Origin: an uncultured delta proteobacterium
Lineage (GTDB): Bacteria > Myxococcota > Myxococcia > Myxococcales > Anaeromyxobacteraceae
Assembly (NCBI GenBank): GCA_963845515.1
Contig: CAWJSR010000011.1
Coordinates: 1-63,968, forward strand
Reading direction: 5' to 3'
Length of the DNA stretch: 63,968 nt
This document shows positions 24,208 through 33,385 of the stretch, in pieces (position 1 is the stretch's first letter; every line of letters starts with the position of its first letter). Position numbers and translations under genes: made by a program. The notes under the pieces are model-generated. The model had not been told where the DNA came from, did no database searches, and saw nothing but the letters and a program-made list of their open reading frames with translations.

Positions 24208-25047
24208 ATGGAACTCTCCGACCAGAGCCTGCTCACCTCCGCCCAGGGCGGCGACCCCAAGGCACTCGACGCCCTGATAGAGCGTCACCAGCGGCGCGTC
24301 TACCGGTTCGGCCTCAAGATGTGCCGCGATCCGGAGGACGCGAAGGACGTCCTGCAGGAGACGCTGATCGCTGCCGCCAGGACCATCCGCGACTTCCGGG
24401 GCGCGTCGTCGATCTCGACCTGGCTCTACACCATCGCCCGGAGCTTCTGCATCAAGCACCGGCGCCGCTCCAAGTTCGCGCCCGAGCAGGAGGAGTCGCT
24501 CGAGGCACGGGAGCCCGGGCTCGAGGCGCGACAGGTGATGGACCCGACCCGCTCACCTGACGAGGAGCTGGCGGGTCGCCAGGTGGAGGGAGCGCTCGAG
24601 AAGGCGATCGCCGAGCTGGATCCCATGTACCGGGAGGTGCTGATCCTCCGCGACGTGGAGGGGCTCTCCGCGCCGGAGGTTGCCGAGATCATGGGGCTCA
24701 CCGTGGAGGCGGTGAAGAGCCGGCTCCACCGCGCCCGCCTCGCGGTGCGTGAGGCGGTCGCCCCGCTCCTCTCGCACGAGGCGCCCGGCGCCCGCGCCGA
24801 GCCTCCCGCGGCCGGCTGCCCCGACATCGTGCAGCTCTTCTCGCAGCACCTGGAGGACGAGATCTCCGGCGACCTGTGCGCCACCATGGAGCGGCACCTC
24901 GCGAGCTGCCCGAGCTGCCAGGCCCGCTGCGACTCGCTGCAGCAGACGCTGGCGCTCTGCAAGAACGCCGCGCTCCCCGAGGTGCCGGTGGCGGTGCAGA
25001 ACTCGGTCAGGAAGGCGATCAAGCAGTTCATCGAATTGCATGCGTGA
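24208..25047 (+). CDS. ECF sigma factor with fused C-terminal zinc-finger (ZAS-like) domain
   Basis: sigma2 DAKDVLQET..FRGASSISTWLYTIARS, sigma4 YREVLILRDVEGLS..VKSRLHRAR, then C..HLEDEI..HLASCPSC (HxxxCxxC). Confidence 0.9.
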   Translation: MELSDQSLLTSAQGGDPKALDALIERHQRRVYRFGLKMCRDPEDAKDVLQETLIAAARTIRDFRGASSISTWLYTIARSFCIKHRRRSKFAPEQEESLEAREPGLEARQVMDPTRSPDEELAGRQVEGALEKAIAELDPMYREVLILRDVEGLSAPEVAEIMGLTVEAVKSRLHRARLAVREAVAPLLSHEAPGARAEPPAAGCPDIVQLFSQHLEDEISGDLCATMERHLASCPSCQARCDSLQQTLALCKNAALPEVPVAVQNSVRKAIKQFIELHA

Positions 25048-25053
25048 GTGGCT

Positions 25054-25090
25054 CCCTCACACTGCCCTCTCCCTCAGTGAGGGAGAGGGG
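25054..25090. repeat. REP-like palindrome
   Basis: CCCTCACACTGCCCTCTCCCTC-AGT-GAGGGAGAGGGG between the ECF gene and aat. Confidence 0.75.
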
Positions 25091-25101
25091 AAGCGAACGA
25101 T

Positions 25102-25800
25102 GTGCCCGTCTTCCGCCTGAGCGACGAGCTGATCTTCCCGGACCCCTCGCTCGCCGAGGAGGACGGCCTGCTGGCCGTCGGTGGCGACCTCTCGCCGGAG
25201 CGGATCCTTCGCGCCTACGCGCAGGGGATCTTCCCGTGGTTCAACGAGGGGAGCCCGATCCTCTGGTGGTCGCCCGACCCGCGCCTGGTCCTTCAGCCGG
25301 AGGAGCTCCACGTCTCGGCGTCGCTCGCGCGGACCCTCCGGCGCGGCACCTTCCGCGTCACCGCCGACCGGGCGTTCGGCGAGGTGATCCGCGGGTGCGC
25401 GCGGTCCACGCGCCCGGGGCAGAGCGGGACCTGGATCACCGACGAGATGATCGAGGCCTACGAGGCGCTCCACCGCGAGGGCTTCGCTCACTCCTTCGAG
25501 GCCTGGCAGGGCGAGACGCTCGCCGGGGGGCTCTATGGGGTGAGCCTCGGCGCCGCCTTCTTCGGGGAGTCGATGTTCTCCGAGCGGCCGGACGCGTCCA
25601 AGGTCGCCTTCGTCCGGGCCGTCAGGTTCCTGTCCGGCGCCGGGATCGAGCTCGTCGACTGCCAGGTCCGGACGGACCACCTCGTCAGGCTCGGCGCCCG
25701 GGAGGTCCCCCGGCTGCGGTTCCTCGACAGCCTCGATGAGCTGCTGGAGAAGCCGACGCTGCAGGGGCGGTGGGAGCTGCCCCCTCCGGAATCGCCCTGA
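25102..25800 (+). CDS. aat: Leucyl/phenylalanyl-tRNA--protein transferase
   Basis: GLLAVGGDLSPERILRAYAQGIFPWF..LWWSPDPR..AHSFEAW..FFGESMFS..DASK. Confidence 0.97.
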   Translation: MPVFRLSDELIFPDPSLAEEDGLLAVGGDLSPERILRAYAQGIFPWFNEGSPILWWSPDPRLVLQPEELHVSASLARTLRRGTFRVTADRAFGEVIRGCARSTRPGQSGTWITDEMIEAYEALHREGFAHSFEAWQGETLAGGLYGVSLGAAFFGESMFSERPDASKVAFVRAVRFLSGAGIELVDCQVRTDHLVRLGAREVPRLRFLDSLDELLEKPTLQGRWELPPPESP

Positions 25801-25852
25801 AGTGGCACCTGCGCGGCGGCATCGCGCCCGCCCTCCGCTAGAATAGGTGCTG

Positions 25853-26176
25853 ATGGCGGAGAGTCACCCACCCGGCGGCGAGACCGTCACCGTCCCAAGG
25901 ACGAAGCCCGGGACGAAGTCCCGGCTGCCGGACCTCTTCAGGGTCCTGCTCCACAACGACGACTACACGACGCAGGAGTTCGTCGACTTCATCCTGGTGA
26001 ACATCTTCAACCACGATCCCGAGAGCGCACATCGCATCATGTTGAACGTTCATATGCGCGGCGTCGGGGTCGCCGGTATCTATCCGTGGGAGATCGCCGA
26101 GACGAAGGCCACCAAGGCGACGGAGCTAGCCCGCGAGCAGGAGTACCCACTCCTCATTACGATCGAGCCGGAGTAG
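25853..26176 (+). CDS. clpS: ClpAP adaptor ClpS
   Basis: VLLHNDDYTTQEFV..IMLNVHMRGVGVAGIY..EIAETK..YPL. Confidence 0.96.
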   Translation: MAESHPPGGETVTVPRTKPGTKSRLPDLFRVLLHNDDYTTQEFVDFILVNIFNHDPESAHRIMLNVHMRGVGVAGIYPWEIAETKATKATELAREQEYPLLITIEPE

Positions 26177-26178
26177 GC

Positions 26179-28473
<2,295 letters not shown>

Positions 28474-28597
28474 GGTCAGCCCGTCCGGGTCGCACGTGAT
28501 CTCCGACACGTGGTGCGTTCCGCTCCCACGTTGTCGGCGCTCGCCCGGTGGGGCAAGATTACACCGATCGTTTCGGCTTCGTCCCGGGGGGAGGCGA

Positions 28598-28999
28598 ATG
28601 GCTCTGGTACTGATCGTCGACGACTCCAAGACCGCGCGCACCTACTGCCGCACCATCCTCGCGGCTGCAGGGCACGAGGTGATGGAGGCGAGCGACGCCG
28701 AGCACGCGCTCGACCGGATGGTCGACAGGCCACCGGACTGCGTGGTCCTCGACCTCTTCATGCCGGGGCTGTCCGGGCTCGAGATGATGGAGGTGCTCGG
28801 CGGGCGCGCCGAGCTCACGCCCATCGTGGTCGTAACGACGTCACTGGAGGACTCCGACCGCATCCGGTGCCTGCGGCTTGGAGCGCGCGCCTTCGTCCAG
28901 AAGCCGGTCAGCTGCGAGGAGCTCACGCGCGCCGTGCACGAGGCGCTGTCCCCGGACCCGGTGCTCGCCGAGCCCGGCATCGGCGCGGCGCAGCACTAG
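28598..28999 (+). CDS. Single-domain response regulator
   Basis: VLIVDDS, VVLDLFMPG, VVTT, FVQKP; GGAGG RBS. Confidence 0.9.
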   Translation: MALVLIVDDSKTARTYCRTILAAAGHEVMEASDAEHALDRMVDRPPDCVVLDLFMPGLSGLEMMEVLGGRAELTPIVVVTTSLEDSDRIRCLRLGARAFVQKPVSCEELTRAVHEALSPDPVLAEPGIGAAQH

Positions 29000-29092
29000 C
29001 CCCGTCTTCGTCACTTCGAAGCTTCTGCTCGACACGGTCCGCGGCTCGCTCACCCCCGCGCTGCGGGGGCCCCGCGGCAGCGCAAACCTCCA

Positions 29093-29121
29093 TTGACGAC
29101 CCCCGCTCGGGTTGATAGTTG
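29093..29121 (+). promoter_or_regulatory. Possible sigma70-type promoter of the 29185-33350 operon
   Basis: TTGACG-N17-TAGTTG with TG extension; the -10 match is weak. Confidence 0.3.
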
Positions 29122-29184
29122 ACGATGCGTCATCGAGTCACAACGCGGGGCCTCAAGCCCCCGTCACACGGAGGGGGAAACACC

Positions 29185-29670
29185 ATGGAAATCGTCCTGA
29201 CGGCAGCCGGCTCTCGCACCACCCGCATCCTCTCGATCGCACGGAAGGGCGCGCTCTGCGGCCTCCTCTCGGTGGCGGTCGTCGCCGCGGGCATGCCCCG
29301 GACCACGCAGGCGCAGGCAGCGCCCGTCACGAACGGGAGTGGTTACTCCACGCAGGCAGCCGCCATGGCCGACGGCGAGCGCGACGCAGCGGCCGACACC
29401 AACGCGGTGGCCTGGCTGGCCGTAGGCTGCCTCGTCGGCATCCTCGGCGTCGTGATCGGCTATGTCGTCGAGCCGTCTCCGCCGCCTACCCGCCTCCTCG
29501 GCAAGTCGCCCGAGTACGTGACCTCGTACACCCAGTCCTACCGGTACGCGGGGAAGCAGGTCCAGGGGAAGAAGGCCCTGGTCGGCTGCCTCGTCGGCAC
29601 CGCCATCGGCGCGGTGATCTACGTCGTCGTGCTCTCGGCCGCGGCGAGCTCCACCGGAACCACCTACTGA
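29185..29670 (+). CDS. Exported small protein with two Gly/Cys-containing hydrophobic helices
   Basis: GGAGGGGG RBS; signal-like LCGLLSVAVVAAG..AQA; helices WLAVGCLVGILGVVIGY and ALVGCLVGTAIGAVIYVVVL around PSPPPTRLLGKSPEY. Confidence 0.8.
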   Translation: MEIVLTAAGSRTTRILSIARKGALCGLLSVAVVAAGMPRTTQAQAAPVTNGSGYSTQAAAMADGERDAAADTNAVAWLAVGCLVGILGVVIGYVVEPSPPPTRLLGKSPEYVTSYTQSYRYAGKQVQGKKALVGCLVGTAIGAVIYVVVLSAAASSTGTTY

Positions 29671-29675
29671 TCCCG

Positions 29676-30428
29676 GTGACCACGCCGCAGCGCCGCTCTG
29701 CGAAGACGGCGGCGGCGCTCCTCTTCGCGTTCGTCGCCCTGCACCCCGCGCCGGCCCTTCCGGAGCCGGGCGGGGCGCTGTCGTCGGCGGGCTCCGCCTT
29801 CGCGGCACGGTTCCGGCTCTCGCTGGGGTCTGCAACCGGACAGCCGGAGCGTTCGGAGGGGAGCCTCTTCCTCCTTCCCGACGGCCGGATCTGCGTCCGG
29901 GTGGAGCGGCCGGTCCGGCAGGACCTGCTGCTGTCACGGGAGCGGATGGTGATCCACTACCCGGAGCAGTCGCTCGTCCTCTACGCCGACGTCCGCAAGG
30001 GGCAGGTCCCGCCGATGCTCGACTCGATCGTCGCGGGGCTCGGCGAGGCGTCTCGGCTCCTCCCGGCCAACTCGTCGCTCGCCAGCCGGACCGTCGAGGC
30101 CGGGATCCTCCGGACGCGCTGGGACGTCCCGTCTGCGGCCGACGGCGGAACGGTCGACGTCACCGAGAAGGGCGAGGGGGTCCTCTCGTTCGAGCTTCGC
30201 GGCAAGAACGGAGTCGTGATTCGCCGGTACGACTTCGGCCCCCGGCAGCAGGTGGGCAAGCTGCGCGTTCCGACGACGGTCCGCGGCGACTACAGGGATC
30301 CGAGCGGGGCCGTCTCGCGGACCGAGGAGTGGACGCTCTCCGAGCTCTCCCCTGTCGTGGCTCCGACGCTGGCGCGCGACTGCAGCGGCGAGGGGACCGC
30401 CTCCCGGCGCGAGGCGCTCCAGTGGTGA
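29676..30428 (+). CDS. LolA-like periplasmic carrier-fold protein
   Basis: Signal-like AAALLFAFVALHPAPA; SEGSLFLLPDGRICVRVERPVRQDLLLSRERMVIHYPEQ matches the LolA/LolA-like N-terminal beta pattern. Confidence 0.55.
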   Translation: MTTPQRRSAKTAAALLFAFVALHPAPALPEPGGALSSAGSAFAARFRLSLGSATGQPERSEGSLFLLPDGRICVRVERPVRQDLLLSRERMVIHYPEQSLVLYADVRKGQVPPMLDSIVAGLGEASRLLPANSSLASRTVEAGILRTRWDVPSAADGGTVDVTEKGEGVLSFELRGKNGVVIRRYDFGPRQQVGKLRVPTTVRGDYRDPSGAVSRTEEWTLSELSPVVAPTLARDCSGEGTASRREALQW

Positions 30429-30868
30429 CCGGGCTCCTCCTTGCGCTCGTCTCGACGCAGGCCGTCGCTGGCGCCGCCGGCGAGCCTCAGGCCGGCGAGC
30501 TCGCCTGGCTCACCGAGCCCGCGGCTGCGATCGAGTACGTCCTGGGCGACGCTCCGCTTGCCCAGGGCTCGGGAGGCGAAGAGCCCGCCTGGGACGGGGC
30601 CCTGCACTCCGCCGTCCTCAAGGGGCTCTTCGCGACCTACCGCGCGGTCCTCTCCTCCCAGGACGACAGCCCGTGCGGCTTCGTCCCCTCCTGCTCCGCA
30701 TACTCCGAGCAGGCGATCGCCGCCTTCGGGCTCGGCGAGGGGCTGCTGCTGACCGCCGACCGGCTCCTGCGCGACCACCCGCTAGCGCACGGCCTCTACG
30801 AGACCGACCTGGCGACCGGCCTGATGCGCGACCTCCCCGCGCACTACGGGATCGGGGGCTCCAGGTGA
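30425..30868 (+). CDS. YidD-family (membrane protein insertion efficiency factor) paralogue with N-terminal signal peptide
   Basis: YRAVLSSQDDSPCGFVPSCSAYSEQAIAAFG..GLLLTADRLLRDHP; GTGA overlap with the upstream gene. Confidence 0.8.
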   Translation: MTGLLLALVSTQAVAGAAGEPQAGELAWLTEPAAAIEYVLGDAPLAQGSGGEEPAWDGALHSAVLKGLFATYRAVLSSQDDSPCGFVPSCSAYSEQAIAAFGLGEGLLLTADRLLRDHPLAHGLYETDLATGLMRDLPAHYGIGGSR

Positions 30869-31716
30869 TCGGCTCGCTCGCAGCCGCGGTGCTGGTCACG
30901 GCGCTCGCGGTCGCGCCGGCCACCGCCGCGGGCGGTACGCCGCCCAGCGCGCTGCAGCTCGCCGAGCAGCTCCGGGCGCTCGGCAGCAACGGCGAGTGCG
31001 CGGTCGAGGCGCTCCGCCACTCCTACCAGGTGCCCGAGGAGCGCGAGACCGGCTTCGAGCGAGCGGCCCTCTGCCTCGGCCTCGCCGGTCGGCACGGCGA
31101 CGCGCAGAGGCTCCTGCTCCAGCTGCCGGCGCCGCTCGCTCCCCGGACCCGCTACCGGCTCTGCTGGACGCAGGTCCGGCTCGACGCCGGCCCCCGCGAG
31201 GACTGCGGACGGCTCCAGCCGGGCGCGGACCGCTGGTCGGCGCTCGCGACCGAGATGGTGGTGCTGCATGACCTGCGCACGGGGAGCTGGGAGGAGGCGC
31301 GGCGCCGGCTCGCGGCGACGGCCGCCTCCGACGATCCAACGCTCGCGTCCTGGCGCGCCGTCGACGCCGCCCTGGCGGAGCGCGCCGCGCACCGCAAGCG
31401 CAGCTCCCCCTGGGTCGCCGGGGCGCTCTCGGCCGTCGTGCCGGGGCTCGGCCGCGTCTACATAGGACGGTGGAAGGACGGGCTGATGAGCGCCATCCTC
31501 GTCGGCCTCCCGGCCGGCTTCGCCGCCAACGGCTTCTCGGACAACGGGGTCAGGTCGGTCCGGGGCTGGCTCCTCGGGACAGTGGCGAGCGTGCTCTACG
31601 TCGGCAACGTTTACGGCTCGGCGGTCGGCGCGGTCGCGGCGGACCGCGACGCCGACATGATCCTCCGCTCTTCCGCCGACGACCTTCACGCCGGCCGGGC
31701 CGACCCGGCGGAGTAG
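30865..31716 (+). CDS. Exported TPR-like protein with C-terminal membrane module (TM2/DUF5683-like)
   Basis: Signal peptide, helical repeats, KRSSPWVAGALSAVVPGLGRVYIGRWKDG..LYVGNVYGSAVGA; GTGA overlap. Confidence 0.7.
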   Translation: MIGSLAAAVLVTALAVAPATAAGGTPPSALQLAEQLRALGSNGECAVEALRHSYQVPEERETGFERAALCLGLAGRHGDAQRLLLQLPAPLAPRTRYRLCWTQVRLDAGPREDCGRLQPGADRWSALATEMVVLHDLRTGSWEEARRRLAATAASDDPTLASWRAVDAALAERAAHRKRSSPWVAGALSAVVPGLGRVYIGRWKDGLMSAILVGLPAGFAANGFSDNGVRSVRGWLLGTVASVLYVGNVYGSAVGAVAADRDADMILRSSADDLHAGRADPAE

Positions 31717-31719
31717 CGC

Positions 31720-32604
31720 GTGCCAGGTCCCTGCCACCGCCACCTCGCCGCTTCGCTGGGGCTCGCGCTCCTGGCGGGCGCCGCGGCGGCTTCGACACCT
31801 CCTCCAGATGCAGGCTTTCCCGGCTACCTGCTGCAGCTCGGGTTCGCGGCGGAGGCGGCCCACGAGCTGGAGCGGCTCTCCCTCGCGGGCGCTGACGATC
31901 CCGCCCTGCCCGGCGTCGCTGCGACGGTCGGCTCGCGCCTGGCGCGCGAGGGGCATCCGGTCGAGGCGGCCCGTGCGCTGCGGCTCGCCGCCGAGGGAAC
32001 GGCAGATCCGCTCCTGGCCGACCAGCGGCGGCTGGCACTCGCGACGGTCCTCTTCCGCGCCAGGGCGTGGGCCCAGGGAGCGGACGTCCTCTCCCGCGTC
32101 GAGGCCTTCGGCGCTGCCGCCGGAACACGTGAGCGGGCCCGGCGCCTCCTGTGTGCAGGCCAGGTCCTCTCGCTGCAGGCCGCGTCGGCCCGCGGCTGCG
32201 TCGAGGCGCTCCTGCCGGCCGGCGACGCGCGGCGCGCGCCGGCCCGAAGGATGCTCGACCGGCTCTCGATCGACCCCGAGCGGCGAGCCATCGTCGGCGG
32301 AGTGCTCTCGGGGATCCTCCCGGGGCTCGGCCAGGCGACCGGCGGCGACCCGCTGGACGGCGGGAAGGCGCTGCTCGTCAACGGCGGCTGGGAGGCCGGG
32401 GCAGCGGTCCTGGCGCTGGACGGGCTCTACGTCGACGCGACGCTGCTCACCATCGGGGTGGGCCTTCGATACTACATCGGCAACATCCACAACGGCGCCG
32501 CCGCGTGGCGCGCCGCTGCCCGCCGGACGCGCGACGCGGCCGCCCGCGACCTCGCCCGGCTCGTCGGCGACCTCCCGCTCGGCGGCGAGGACGCCGTCAG
32601 ATGA
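31720..32604 (+). CDS. Second exported TPR-like protein with the same C-terminal membrane module
   Basis: Signal peptide, helical repeats, PERRAIVGGVLSGILPGLGQATGG..RYYIGNIHNGAAA. Confidence 0.7.
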   Translation: MPGPCHRHLAASLGLALLAGAAAASTPPPDAGFPGYLLQLGFAAEAAHELERLSLAGADDPALPGVAATVGSRLAREGHPVEAARALRLAAEGTADPLLADQRRLALATVLFRARAWAQGADVLSRVEAFGAAAGTRERARRLLCAGQVLSLQAASARGCVEALLPAGDARRAPARRMLDRLSIDPERRAIVGGVLSGILPGLGQATGGDPLDGGKALLVNGGWEAGAAVLALDGLYVDATLLTIGVGLRYYIGNIHNGAAAWRAAARRTRDAAARDLARLVGDLPLGGEDAVR

Positions 32605-32636
32605 AACCTGCCCCGGTCTACCCAATGGAGCGAACC

Positions 32637-33350
32637 ATGACCCTCAGCTACGCCGCCAGCATCTCCTTCGCCGTCGTCGCTCTCGCGGCCGCGCCCGCTG
32701 CGCGCGCCGCGGATCCGCTGGGCACGTTCGGCACCGCCCCCGATCGCTCCGCGAGCTACACGTCGCCTGGGCAAGCCAGGCCGGAGCCAGTCGCCGAGCT
32801 TCCGCCAGCCAGCACGGCGCCTCCCGCCCTCCAGCTCGTCGTCCAGATGAGCGCCGACCGCGGCGAGACCTGGATCGTCAAGGCCGACCTGTCGGACGGA
32901 ACCAGCCCGACCCTCCATCTCAACGGCGGCTTCGGCATGAGCGCCGGAGTCGCCTTCCTCCACCTGCTCGATGGCGCCCTCAACACCCAGGCGACCGTCG
33001 GGTTCGAGGCCTGGTCCATCGACGCCTCGAACGGAAGCGTCCGTTGGCTGGCGTACCCGATCGAGGTGATGGAGTTCGTGAACCTCGGTCCGGTGCGCTT
33101 CGGCGCGGGGCTGAGCTACCTGGTCGCCCCCTCGGTGAAGGGGAAGGAGTTCTTCGCGGCGGCCCAGTACGAGTTCGACAACTCGGCCGGGCTCCTCGTC
33201 GAGGTCGACTGGACCGCCGTCAACCAGGCGAAGCCTCGCTGGCCCCGCCTCTGGCTGGGGCTCCGCTACGAGTCCCAGACGCTCGTCGAGAAGGGCGGGG
33301 GGGAGTGGATCGGAAACGCGTGGGGAGTCGTCGCCGGCGCGGCGCTGTAG
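32637..33350 (+). CDS. Putative small outer-membrane beta-barrel protein
   Basis: Signal peptide ending ARA, alternating beta-strand pattern (GMSAGVAF, VRFGAGLSY, LGLRYE, WGVVAGAAL). Alternative start 32601 gives an ATGA overlap. Confidence 0.6.
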   Translation: MTLSYAASISFAVVALAAAPAARAADPLGTFGTAPDRSASYTSPGQARPEPVAELPPASTAPPALQLVVQMSADRGETWIVKADLSDGTSPTLHLNGGFGMSAGVAFLHLLDGALNTQATVGFEAWSIDASNGSVRWLAYPIEVMEFVNLGPVRFGAGLSYLVAPSVKGKEFFAAAQYEFDNSAGLLVEVDWTAVNQAKPRWPRLWLGLRYESQTLVEKGGGEWIGNAWGVVAGAAL

Positions 33351-33385
33351 GAGGCGCGAGGGCGGCGAGGTAGAACCTCGCCCGG

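Noticed and set aside
29112..30428. 438-aa ORF as a single gene
   Set aside because: Its 5' half is an off-frame overlay of the 29185-29670 gene; the plausible start is 29676.
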